A stretch of 64,000 nucleotides of DNA from Schizosaccharomyces osmophilus (Eukaryota): positions 2,356,001 to 2,420,000 of the forward strand of contig NC_079239.1 of the NCBI RefSeq assembly GCF_027921745.1. Reading direction: 5' to 3'. How positions within the stretch are numbered: the first letter of the stretch is position 1; each line of letters starts with the position of its first letter. The notes under the pieces are model-generated. The model searched no databases, was not told the origin of the DNA, and saw nothing but the letters and a program-made list of their open reading frames with translations. Made by a program: the position numbers and the translations under genes. Below, piece after piece: positions 33,467 through 47,241 of this stretch.

Positions 33467-34714
33467 ATGGCAAACCAAAAAACAGTTTCAAAGACTGAAA
33501 ATGAATTATCTAACTTCCCAGAAGAAATCGGAGGTGTAATTGTTGAACATTTGAGCAAGAGGATTCGAAACTTTTCCAAAAAGAAGGTATAGAAAAAGGA
33601 TTTAAGAAGTTTTAGGATCTTCTAACATGAATTATAGCAAAAAATCATAAAACTTGAAGAGCAGGCTGCCAAAGATCCAGAGTCATTGAACAATGACCAA
33701 AAAAATGCTATCCGTAGTAAGGAAGCTGTTTTGACGACTTTGCATGAGTTAGAAGAGCTTTTGGGTCAAATTAATTCTTCTCGTTCTCGTGACGAAAAGA
33801 AGAAGCGTTATGAAGCCTCTGTACAAAGAGAAAAAGAGCAAAAGCAACTGGAAGCCAAATACGAAGAAGGCTACAAGAGTGCTGAGAAGCAAGTATCTAC
33901 CCTTGTCCGATTCCTTCGTTTTGCTAGTTATAATTGCGTTAATCCTTCTGAGGATCATGAGTTTAATACGGCCGTTGAGAAGCTGCTAATTAATGTTTAT
34001 GAAGGTTCAGAAAAGTCTGTAAAGGCTGTTGCCAACCTGAACTCGTCTTCAGAGGAGCATATTGATGAAACCGAAGTCCCTTACAAATTGGTTACTGAAA
34101 AAAGCGATGAATTCTTTAGTACTCCTGCTGTTCAAGAGCAAGAAAGTCATGATGAAACTGAAGAGCAGGTTACTTTCAAATCGGGCAATGTTGTCGATAA
34201 TGAAAGTGAAGAAACACCAGCTTTGTTAGATGAACATGCCCACCAAACCACCCGCCCTTTGAACCGTGGAATTCAATTCTTGAACGAAAGTGAAATTGAA
34301 GGACAACATTTCCAAGAACCAGCCATGTCTAATGAAACCTCTGTCCCTGCCGATGGCGAAGTCCACGTGCCTGTTGAAAATGTCGAAACTAGCAGTGGTG
34401 TTGCTGATCCCTCTACTATTTATCCTACTCAATTCCAAGCTGTCGAGCAACAACAAATGCAGCAAGCTATGGATTCCATGTCCCCCGACTGGTATCAGCC
34501 GGCTATCGAGAATCCACAAGAAGCATTGAACCATGGATATCAAAAACGCTCTTTCAATAACCGCCCTCCTTATGGCAATAACCAACGCGGCCGCGGTCGT
34601 GGCCGTGGTGGTGGTCGTGGCCGTGGAGGCTCTTTTAACCGTTTCCGACGAAACCAATACCCCCAATACTCAAACGATTCCAACTCTCGTTCTAACGCCG
34701 CCCCTGTAGCTTAA
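33467..34714 (+). CDS. Caprin-like RNA-binding protein; exons 33467-33586, 33638-34714
   Basis: Spliced KRIRNFSKKKQKIIKLEE..LNNDQKNAI resembles Caprin HR1; IQFLNESE motif; C-terminal RGG box. Confidence 0.75.
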
Positions 34715-35648
34715 GATGATGTTCCGCATGTAAATATGTGTATGCCTTTGTTTACGTCTTTTTAGCCAGAAAGGGTTTTTTCTTTTTTTCTTTTTTTTCC
34801 TTCTTGGTGTAGTATGAGAAAAGCCTGTCTTTCAATGAAATGCTTTTTTTCTTCTTCCAAGACTTAAGACTTAGATCCAATAAAGAAACATGTAGCTAGT
34901 ATACAATGGAACTCGACAGGATGCAATCACTAGAAGAATCCAAGAGTCTGTATCCAATTCATGTGTGAATGAACGCTATGAAAAGAGCGTTTAATAGACG
35001 TTTGAGGAGCGCAAGTACAGAATACAAAACAAATTGAGCTTTTACGAATATATAAAAGAAAGAATAATTTGTAATATTGTCTGCATAATGGTTTTCCAGG
35101 TAAACAAATGGATCCTTTTGCTTTCCCTCCACAGTACACATAAAAAAGACACGTGTGGGGGCAAGTAAACAAACAAATAAGGAAAATAAAATAAGAAAAT
35201 ATTTTTTGAAGATTTAAGACAAAAGAGAGTGTATACAAATGAAATAGCTGCTCTATCTATCAAAAAAAATGAATTAGGACTAAGATCTTCAAAATGTCAA
35301 GAGAAACGATTTGTAAAAAATTGCTAGCGTGTGGCATTGTATGCAGAATGAATTTAGAGAAAGAGATTTTTTTTCTAAATAGTCTTAAAGTCTATAGAAG
35401 TATTCCTTAATATTTTTCATAACCAATTTTTGAAGAATTCTTCCTTTGTTTTGGGATACCTCGTTTGTTTTTATATTGCGTCGTCATGGCAACGATTTAG
35501 GTCACAAAGCTCTCTGGGCTATGGAGACAACAGTTGATACTTGGCAAGAACAAAATTTCGAACGAAGGAATTGACAATTCAAAGTCTCGGACATCGCTTT
35601 TCTATTTATTTCGAGACTTTGCACGTTGTATACGCATATAAAATTGAG

Positions 35649-36740
35649 ATGTCTGGAACACAATTAAAAAGATTCAAGGGATGTGAATATTTGACGCATC
35701 GACTGGCTCTTGCAACTCTTTCAGGAACACCTATAAGAGTGGAAGGAATTTATCCAAATGAAGCAGATCCAGGTTTGAAGGACTATCAAATATCGTTTCT
35801 CAGACTTCTCGAAAAGCTGACAAACGGATCTGTTATTGAGATTTCTTACACAGGTACTTCCTTCATATATCGTCCTGGCAACATTGTCGGTGGACGTGTG
35901 GAACATGCTTGTCCTGAATCAAGAGCGATTGGTTACTTCTTGGAGCCAATCCTGTTGTTATGTCTTTTCGCAAAAACACCAACCTCGTTGACTTTGACAG
36001 GCGTTACATCGAACAATGAAGATCCAGGTGTAGACGTGCTTCGTACAAGCGTGCTGCCTTTCTTACAAAAGCGGTTCCAAGTTGGTGACGATATGGAATT
36101 GCGGATTTTGAAGCGCGGCGCTTCTCCCAATGGCGGTGGTGAAGTCAACTTTTTGTGCCCTATCACAAAAGTCTCTTTACCACCAGTTCGAGTTTCCGAA
36201 GCTGGACGTGTGTTTCGGATTCGTGGCATCGCCTCCTCGACTCGTGTTGCTCCCATACTTGCTAACCGACTGGTAGAAAGTGCTCGAGGTACTTTGAATC
36301 CCTTTTTGCCGGATATTTTCATTTACACAGACGTACGCCGCGGAGACGAATGCGGTAACAGTCCAGGATTTGCGATTACCCTCGTAGCAGAAACAAACAA
36401 AGGCTGCTCGTATGCTGCCCAACAGTGCGGCGAAGCCGGCCAAACGCCTGAAGACGTGGGTACTTTATGCGCTCAAAAGTTGCTGGAATCGATTGAGTCA
36501 GGAGGCTGTCTTGATCGCTACACTCAACCATCCATTCTCACCGGTATGCTTTTATCGTCCGAAGATGTCAATTCCATTGTCATTGGACAGTTGAACATCA
36601 CTTCACAATTAGTCACATTTCTTCGTGATGTAAAGGCATTCTTTGGCAGGGAGTATCGCTTTAAAGAATTCGAAACTGGTCACATTGAAATGTCTTGTCT
36701 CGGAAAAGGTTACCTAAACGTAAATCGTCGCATTCAGTAA
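35649..36740 (+). CDS. rcl1: RNA 3'-phosphate cyclase-like rRNA processing protein Rcl1
   Basis: RLALATLSG, FLRLLEKLTNGS, RAIGYFLEP, KRGASPNGGGEV, PEDVG, CLGKGYLN; ATG at 35649. Confidence 0.95.
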   Translation: MSGTQLKRFKGCEYLTHRLALATLSGTPIRVEGIYPNEADPGLKDYQISFLRLLEKLTNGSVIEISYTGTSFIYRPGNIVGGRVEHACPESRAIGYFLEPILLLCLFAKTPTSLTLTGVTSNNEDPGVDVLRTSVLPFLQKRFQVGDDMELRILKRGASPNGGGEVNFLCPITKVSLPPVRVSEAGRVFRIRGIASSTRVAPILANRLVESARGTLNPFLPDIFIYTDVRRGDECGNSPGFAITLVAETNKGCSYAAQQCGEAGQTPEDVGTLCAQKLLESIESGGCLDRYTQPSILTGMLLSSEDVNSIVIGQLNITSQLVTFLRDVKAFFGREYRFKEFETGHIEMSCLGKGYLNVNRRIQ

Positions 36741-37575
36741 TCCATCCGACCGGACTGGGCGTTGCGAGACAGCCTTATTTTGGTTATTTCATCATATCCT
36801 CTTGGTTTTTTCGTATTACTGTCGTCCATCACTATATCCTTGTTTCCCCTTTCCCCTTTTCTTTCTCCCTTGTTTTGAAAGTTTTTTATACCTTCTTTAC
36901 GATGTGATTTATTATTTTCTACTCTGACCTTAGATGATCATGATTTTACATGAGCCGAGGTTATTGTCTTTTGGATTTTTTTTTGGTTTCTGCGATTAGT
37001 TAATTAGGTTTGGATTATTTTTATCCCGTATTTTCTCTCTATTTCCCTTTCTTACATATATCGGTGTTTCATATCACTTTTCCCGTACTTACTCAACGTT
37101 GCATTGTACCTTTTTACGGATTTCTTTTCATTCCCTAATGGAAAAAAAAATAAAAGTTTTGTATATTTGGTCTTTCATTCACCTTATTCCTTGTAATCTG
37201 ACTACTTGCTTGCCTTTTTATCTGTCTTACCGGTCTTGTTACAGTGTTTTTTAAATGTGTAATTTTCCATCGCCAGTTTCAACCATTCCAGGTTCTATGG
37301 CCGCTGAATTAAGGTAGTTGAACCGTAAACAGTTAGCTAACTCGTATAATTAATTTCTTCTCTTTTTCTTTACTAGACAAACAAATCAACATAATAAATG
37401 CGAGTCTTTTGTCTCGTTAACCCTCGTTTTCATTAATTTTATACAGTTCAGTAAAATACGCAATTCTCATTTGACTAACGACATTTGTTCACGAAAACAA
37501 AACACCAAGTCTCAGAATTACGGCCGGTATAGGAAAATCTGTTGTTCTGAGCTTAAAGTCACTTGAGATACAGCT

Positions 37576-38073
37576 ATGAGCTCTCCTCCCGTGACAGATG
37601 AACCTGTTAAAGGTCCTAAGGATGCGCGACTCATTCATTTGATTATGAGTTCTCTGGGTGTTCCAGCTTATTCACAAACTGTTCCCTTACAATTATTAAC
37701 ATTTGCTCATCGCTATACTCAACAATTGGTTCAAGACTCTCAAGTTTATGCTGAACATTCTCGTGGAACCGGTGTTCCCATTTCTGTCGAGGACGTTCGT
37801 TTAGCTGTTGCTTCGCAAGTAAATCATTCTTTCACGGGCCCTCCTCCCAAAGAATTTTTGTTAGAATTGGCTACTGAACGGAACAGGAAGCCGTTGCCTC
37901 AAATTCAACCATCTTACGGACTAAGGTTGCCTCCTGAGAAGTATTGCCTTACTCAGCCAAACTGGATTTCTAGCAATGAGTCAAGGACTTTGGACACTAC
38001 ACAGGACTTTCCAGAAGAATCTAGGATGGACGAAGAACCAACCACTTCAGACATAAAGGAGGAACCAAGATAA
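37576..38073 (+). CDS. taf9: TFIID/SAGA subunit Taf9
   Basis: PKDARLIHLI, QLLTFAHRYT, PPPKEFLLELA..RNRKPLP, GLRLPPEKYCLT. Confidence 0.95.
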   Translation: MSSPPVTDEPVKGPKDARLIHLIMSSLGVPAYSQTVPLQLLTFAHRYTQQLVQDSQVYAEHSRGTGVPISVEDVRLAVASQVNHSFTGPPPKEFLLELATERNRKPLPQIQPSYGLRLPPEKYCLTQPNWISSNESRTLDTTQDFPEESRMDEEPTTSDIKEEPR

Positions 38074-39768
38074 TCATATATTGTGCGCTACGAAAAAGGA
38101 AGCATCAGTTGCTCTAGGCAATTTCTTTTTTAACAGTTGGTTAGAAGAGATAAATTTGCGTGACAATTGCGTTGTCGAATCGTGCTCTAGTACTACCGCA
38201 AAGTTCAATGGTTTAGAATTGCCATATTTTGTATAATACGAGTATAACGACATATTACAGAGAAGCAATGGACTTCCTTGTTCTTAATCCTTTTCTATAT
38301 TCATTTAATTTTTTGAATATACGACCCAAAAAGGTGTGGTTTGGTTTGTGGATCTGATAAGAGTATACTCGAACAGTTTTGTCGAAAATACCTTTACTGC
38401 GTTTAAAAGGTGTATCATTATTGAAGATAAAATTTCATGTGTTGAATAGCTATCACCATTGCAGCTCTGCAATGTCCCTGAATATATAAATTGTTCATCA
38501 AACCAGGGATAAATGGATTCGCAAAAGAGCGAATGAGTGTAAGAATGGGTTTTATTAAAACCTCTTAATTAACAAAGTCTGTTACTGGAAGCCATTGTGG
38601 TAAATGAGCTAGAGTCCACGAAAAAGATTTCTTCTCCACAACGTTAGGTGAATTTCATGAAAACATAAGTCCATAAAGTGTACCAGAGACTCATGCGAGC
38701 CAGCAATTTCTATGCTTTTCAAAATATAATTCTTAACTAGCTGTATGTTTACTTTCCTCGACAGAACGAAAAAGCCAACTTCATAGCAGTAAAGAGTTTG
38801 TGAGTAAAACAACAAAAACTTGTTCTTTTTTAGATTAAAACCCAAGGGTATAACCAACTTCACAACATCATCAGCGTCTCAATGGGTTTATGCACAAACC
38901 ATACATAATATCTACCTTTTTGAGCTTCAGACGTTGAAAACACCATTCTACACCTTTATAAACCCTGAACCATCTTCGCGGCCAACCATTTGCAAAGCTA
39001 CACATTACTCTACACTTTCACATCCCTGTGAAATTCTACGAAATATACCTGCGAAAACTCTTTAACTTTTGAGTCTTGGAACATAACAATAAGAATTGCA
39101 GTCATGCTATAATCTCTGGATATCCTAATTCTATGTTCTAACATTCAAATATATATATATACAGACCTGAATCAGAAGGAAGGCAACGGCAATATCCACA
39201 TGGTTTTTGCGCTCTCGGATATGTAATAATCCGTTTATTTTTCATCACTTTCAGGTACTGTATATGTATTAGAATGCTAAACATTTTCTTAGGATTGCCC
39301 GAAATATGAGCAGACCGACATTCTCCATTCAATTCCACAAAAAGCAAGTTTTCGCAAGTATTGGTCACACTTTGCTTAGAAAAGTCGAAGTGATTCATTA
39401 TTGAATACCAAATATCAAAGAAAGAATCATATATTACAAAATAAAAGAGCCTATACATCTCTTATGAGTCGATGAGGAACGCAATAAATATCTTGACATA
39501 GGATAACCAAATGACGTTCCTTCACAAATCATAGATTCTTACACTCTTCAGTATTAGAAAAACTCTCAAAAAGTAACACACATACTCGGCATCATTATTC
39601 AATGAGACTTTTCTCAAATCATAAATCGTTGAGTCGTTGAGCAAACTTTATCATCAAATTGTCCAAAATTATTTATTATATGTGGACGAGATTAGTTTAA
39701 ATCGTATTTTTTTGAATGATGAACAAACTTAAGGCGAAGATGCAAACAGAATATCCTTTTTAAAAGCT

Positions 39769-41562
<1,794 letters not shown>

Positions 41563-41779
41563 TTAATAAATGGAGACAACAAAATTGCTAATAGATGCAA
41601 ATTTTTCGGTATGTCAAACGAATCCAACAAAGAAAGCTTCTTTAAAAAGCAATCTATTTCAGCTTAAAGTATATTATGTGTTGTCAAAGTCCCTTACAGA
41701 CTGACACTTAAATAATTAATTTTTGCTGAAAAGCAATATTCCTGGGTATGTGTTTACTCCAAGTTGTACCTGATCCGTC

Positions 41780-41816
41780 TATATATAGTGTGACTGCTGT
41801 AAATTCTAGAAAGTAC
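41780..41816 (-). promoter_or_regulatory. hsp60 promoter: TATA box, Homol D box and heat-shock element
   Basis: TATATATA at 41780-41787, TGTGACTG (= CAGTCACA) at 41789-41796, TTCtaGAAagTAC at 41804-41816. Confidence 0.6.
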
Positions 41817-43187
41817 CGCTGATCGAGGTGGAGATCTGTAGGTGCAAATAGAACCAATCAATGAACACCGAACTCCGGAAAGAATTTCCCGTCCAATTGG
41901 CATAGTGTGGTAGGATTCTGTATTGGAGATTCCGATGCCCGTTATAACACTGCACTAGTAAACAGAAGAAGAAAAGAAATGATTAGTTTTATTTAGTAAT
42001 GGATTATTATGCGTTAGTATAAGAAATTGCGCCCTGAAAAATCCTTTTGTCTCGTCTCCTATAGTGCACTTGTGTAGTGAACGATTTCCAGACACCGTGA
42101 TGGTGTAGAATTACGCTCGGTAACTACCAATTCCTGGCATCTTGCATTACCGTTGGTTTCTATCTTTTTCTGCAACTGAAAAAATGACTGGAACACCATT
42201 ATTACTTGCCTCTTTCCTCTACGGAATGGAATGGCCAACGTGCAGCCATTGATGATGGAATTGAATAAAACCGATGAATACGAAACCACGGAACCAAAAA
42301 AAAAACGAGCCTATTCGAGGTTTCAGCGACCCGCTTTTCTCTTCTTTCAACGAGAAATGATACTTTTATCAATCCAGTAGTCCTTGAAACTTCTACATAC
42401 TTCTTTAAAATTCTCCATTTCGTGCAAAAATATTTCGTTCATATTGTAGTTTTCTTTTCAAATATCTAAAAATTAAAAATAGACAACCCATTCATGACAA
42501 GACGAAAGCCTTAATATTTCCTTTAAAAACAAAAAAGCATCACCTCACGAACCTATGTACCCTAGGATATAACTAAAATTTTCTTATCAAATCAATCCAT
42601 AGTAGAAGAAGACTATGTACTTCTGTCTATTACACCTTTTTTTTTTTTATACTGTAAATGGTATGCTTCATTAGATAGGACAATACTAGCGAGACCAACA
42701 AAAACAATTTTCCTCCGTCGGAAATAGCCTCGAAGCATATATATCAATAAAAACAACGTCTTGTTTAAAAACAATAAAACATAGCAAAACAAAAAAAGAT
42801 ATTAGAATCAGGAAGTCCACCAACTTTTAGCTTCACATTTCTGTATATTGAAGAAATAAAAGAAATGGGAATAAAGCAAACAAGCCGTCATTATATCCGA
42901 TCTGGACATTCAAAAAAATTCGTCAAAAATCAATAAAAGAATCATCTTTCCGTCAGTTTCATTCACGAGTACAGACAAAGCAAATCCAAAGTTCGCTTTT
43001 AAATACATAATTTTCCCATATAATTCATAAGTAAAAAGACATGAATTTTTTTTTGTGACTCATAACGTAAAATTAAGTCATTAAACATCAAGTTCGCCAT
43101 CCTTAATCTCTTTAAGGGACACTAAAATGAGATTCACTCATTTAATCACACATTGTGAATTCACTCAAAGATGACTGATGGAAAACT

Positions 43188-44945
43188 TTAATGTTCATTC
43201 TTTTGTTGAGGTTTTGATCCAACCACACCGGCTGAAGATGGCTGAGGGTTACTAAAATAATCAGAATTTCCGTTCAAGGGACCGGAGGAAGTCCCCAAAC
43301 CGCGTTCCAACGGGGAAGACACATTCATACTTGAAAATTGAGAGGAAAGTTCCAAAGGTGTTGCAGGCATGCTGCGAATATCAGAAAACGACTTCATATC
43401 CGATGATATTCCACGCAATGACCGTATGCTATCCGCAAGGTGCAAAGAAGGTGCCGGTCTTCTTAGACTAGAATAATTGGAAGATAATGTAGATCCTGAA
43501 AAGGGGTTGTTTTCAAATATACCAGAAGATGCGAGAGGATTTTGTAGCGTCGCTGAAGAACCCATATTAGGCATGCCATTCATTCCGGCGGACGATGACT
43601 GTAAATCATTAGGAACGTGAGCATTGGACATTGCCGGAGATTGATTGGCACTGGATGAATGGAATCCAGGAACCTGGTGATTGCCAGAAGTAATGACAAC
43701 TTGCTTTGAATCAGCATCGCCCGCTACGGAATAGTTCAAATTCAAGCGAGAAGCCAAGAGAGCGGCTACACGACGCTCATCATGGCTCGTAGAGGCGTCA
43801 AACACCAAGTCACCGGGATTATCGGTGCGATGATAAAATAAGAGGATGTGTGAGTAAACATTCAAGACGGCGGGATCGTTCAAATCAAAGTCAACTCCAA
43901 CGCCAAGATTTGCCACAGAAAAAGGAAGCTTTAACTGTTGTTTACTTTCTTCTACGGCTCGTTTTTCTTGCTTACCACGTTCAACGCGCTCGCGCTCAGC
44001 GGGAGGAAGTTGACGTTTCCATTCAACACGAAGACGTCGTCCTGTAATTTCATATCCATTCAAAACCTGAACAACAGTCTTTGCTTCCTCGGGAGTGTGG
44101 AAATTTGCAAAAGCAAGTCCACGGAAGACTCCATTATCGAAATGATAGTTGAAAGCGTATGGACGAGGAATATCCAACGCTGTAAATACCTTAAACAAAA
44201 CCTCTTTCTTAAGAGAAAAAGGAATATTTTTTATAACGATAGCAGTGGGGATCGTTTCTTCTTCGTTCTCTTGGGCAGGAGGTAAAATTTGGGAGCTGCT
44301 CATATTTTTGGAAATATTTGCACCTGGAGCATTCGTGGCAGATGAGGCAAGAGGATTAGCGTTATCATTATAAGAAAGCATTCCCTCTAATGGGTGAGTA
44401 GTAGAAGACAGAACAGAAGTAGTAGCTGGGCCGCCATTATTTAATACATCGTAAGGAGTAGTTGAATGTAGAGATAAACCAGCGGAGTTGCTTGCTTCCT
44501 TCCAAGCTGCTTGAAGTCTGGTACGGCGTGTTTTCAAGGAATCATTAGAATTTCCCGTGGTCTCCGGATCCAACATTTGTTGTAAAGAGCTAGGTAAAGC
44601 AGTGGAAGCACCTTCCGGTATAGAATCTTCTGCACCCATATGAGAATATGGTACCGGTCCACCGATACCAGGAGTGCTTACAGTGGATCCAGGAAAGCCT
44701 GAACGATCTTGACCCCATCGTAAATCAAAGTAGTTAGGATTCGAGGACATGTTCATTCCACGTTGTTCTTCCTCTGGGTTCCCATTCAACTCATCCAATT
44801 TGGGAAATAAATTTCCTCTCTTTTTGCGAAGCGAGGTCATATCGGAATGAAATCCCAAAGGAGAAGAGGCAGGGGAAAGGGTATTTGTTGATAAAAATGC
44901 TTGTGACAAAGGCGTTAACGGCCTCTGGCCAGTGCCTTCAGCCAT
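43188..44945 (-). CDS. cip2: RRM + R3H RNA-binding protein (Cip2/Pin4 family)
   Basis: IPTAIVIKNIPF, PYAFNYHFDNGVFRGLAFANF, GRRLRVEWKR, followed by an R3H-like segment. cip2 rather than cip1 inferred from synteny. Confidence 0.85.
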   Translation of the reverse strand: MAEGTGQRPLTPLSQAFLSTNTLSPASSPLGFHSDMTSLRKKRGNLFPKLDELNGNPEEEQRGMNMSSNPNYFDLRWGQDRSGFPGSTVSTPGIGGPVPYSHMGAEDSIPEGASTALPSSLQQMLDPETTGNSNDSLKTRRTRLQAAWKEASNSAGLSLHSTTPYDVLNNGGPATTSVLSSTTHPLEGMLSYNDNANPLASSATNAPGANISKNMSSSQILPPAQENEEETIPTAIVIKNIPFSLKKEVLFKVFTALDIPRPYAFNYHFDNGVFRGLAFANFHTPEEAKTVVQVLNGYEITGRRLRVEWKRQLPPAERERVERGKQEKRAVEESKQQLKLPFSVANLGVGVDFDLNDPAVLNVYSHILLFYHRTDNPGDLVFDASTSHDERRVAALLASRLNLNYSVAGDADSKQVVITSGNHQVPGFHSSSANQSPAMSNAHVPNDLQSSSAGMNGMPNMGSSATLQNPLASSGIFENNPFSGSTLSSNYSSLRRPAPSLHLADSIRSLRGISSDMKSFSDIRSMPATPLELSSQFSSMNVSSPLERGLGTSSGPLNGNSDYFSNPQPSSAGVVGSKPQQKNEH

Positions 44946-45607
44946 TTTGAAGCAAGATTAAGCCGTCAAAATTGGGTGAAGTGTAAAGGATAAGTCCCGA
45001 ACTGCGTTAGCTCACGAAGAAAGAAAATTGGTTGAATGACAATAGGTCGTAAACAGAAAAAAAGAATATTTGTGTTCTATTTGTATTATTGTATTAATAT
45101 CTATTCATGTATTACTTTTTTCTAATAGATATATTCTTTAGAACCTCCATCATGCACGCTTACCGTACTTTATATACTTTATGCGACAACCGTAGGCTCA
45201 TAAAAAAGCAAACGACCAATACTCAATACGGTAATCAATATTATACAAACGATGCGTCTTAAATAACAAAAGAATCAAAAGTGTTAAAAGAACAAGAGAA
45301 GCTAAAAAAGAAAGTTATAAATTTCGTAAGAATATTTGGAATCTTAAAAACGTTGTTCGAACAAACGGTTCGTCAATGAGGTGAAACGTTCTTGACGAAG
45401 AAGAGTAAGTATGGTATTTTTTTCAAGTACATGAAAGCTACATAGTTCAGCAAACAGAATGAATGTCATTAACTTGTCATCAAAGACCAATTGAGTATAA
45501 CAGTATTAAAATTTGCATGCATGAATCCGACTAGCCCTATTAAAAACCTAAATATTCGCAGTATAACCAAAACCTTTCACCAATTCCCTTCACGGGAGAT
45601 AAGTTTT

Positions 45608-46373
45608 CTACTTTTCAAAAAATTCATCGTCTAACTCTTCTTGAGCTGCTTGCTTCTGTTGCACGGGTATATTGTTGGAACCAGAAGGTCCAAGTTTTTG
45701 CGCTTTGCCAGACAAGAGACGCTCTTCCATTTCGCGCCAAATTTTCTTCCTTGTCTCTTCAGTGGAATCGGCGGTTCCTTCTGCATATAAGGAAACATAT
45801 TTTACGAGAGGAGGAAATCCCTAATAATTCCATGGTTAGTATCATGAAAAACCCCTTTTCCATTGGGAAGCTGTCTTACCTTGATATACAAAAGATCAAT
45901 CTTATATTTATGCAGTTGTTCTTTCATCTTTCCTTTTTCAGAAATATCGACGGAGGGATCCTCTAGACGCTTTTCCAACTGCTTAATATGTCTTTCTGCC
46001 TTTTTGCGTTCTTGAATCAGTGTTAATAAAGCGACCATCATCACTCTTCCACATACCAAAGAATCGTATTTTTTTATATCTTTCGTAATACTTCATCTTT
46101 TTATGCTCCAACTGAACTCCCTGAAGCTGATCTTGCAATGCAGCCAAGGCACGTTCATGCTCTACTCGAACATTTGCGGGTAGATTTTCCTAAACAATTT
46201 TATCATTAGCATCAAATTTGATATATTCGGAACAAAAGCATCCATAGATGGTTTTCAAAATGGTTCTAGCAATCATCTTGAAAAAATTGGGTCCTTACCT
46301 TCTTCAGCAAACGTTCATTATCACGAATTTTTTTCTTTACAATAGCAAGTCCTGGTCCTTTGACTTTTCCCAT
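45608..46373 (-). CDS. efg1: rRNA processing protein Efg1; exons 46373-46299, 46189-46057, 46010-45880, 45820-45608
   Basis: Spliced [33 protein letters not shown] and terminal DDEFFEK; canonical introns. Confidence 0.88.
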
Positions 46374-47241
46374 ACTAGTTTGCTTTTCTTGAATTACAAA
46401 CTGCTCCCTTTTCACTCGTTTTGGAAAATCAAGAAGTCCTATTATGACTAGTTTTCACTACTATTTTCATCTCCGGGTAACAATGTCACTGGTAATGTTT
46501 ACGAAGAAAACAACATTGAAATGTAAGAATTGGGAAGAAGGAAAAGAAAAAAGAAAACGAAAGCTTTCAGGAAATTTATAAGCCTGAAAGAATGTGAATT
46601 GAGCACGTAATTATACGCGTTTATGTCTTTTGTTTACATCCAAGATTTACAAAAGTTGACAATCACAATCGCGACCTTTTGGTTTCGCTTCCTAGTCAAG
46701 TTCTCTTCTGCTTCAAAACCATTGGAAACTAATTTCTTCTCTAGGTATTAATATGAACGGAAATTGATCAAAAAGCCTTCACATTTTCGTATCATAATAA
46801 AATGTGTATGATATCACATGGAAATTCCAATATCGTATTAACGATACACTATAAGAAGAGAAAGGCTTCTGGGTTCATTGCTTTTGCCAAAGATTTCTTT
46901 TCTTTCTGTTTCATTCTTAAAATTCTTTGAAATTAGAGTCGATTTGTGGAGGTTGATGCATGGCGCAAACTACCATAGAAAGCCTCTTGGACCTTCCTCA
47001 TAATTTACCATTCTAGTTGCATACGGACTAAATTAGATCTCTGCAAATTTAGTTATGCAACAAAGATTTTAAATACAAAAAAGTTTTGGTCACAACTAAT
47101 GGAATAATTTAATCATCCTGTTGTGAACATGATTACATACTCCATCACAAATGGCACTATAAGATTCAAAGTCCAGAAAGTCGAAAACTTGTAAGTGGAT
47201 CTTTTGGAGACACGAAAACTCTTATAAATTCTATATCAATA

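Noticed and set aside
34585..34630. GC-rich GGCCGTGGT repeat
   Set aside because: It simply encodes the RGG box of the Caprin-like protein.
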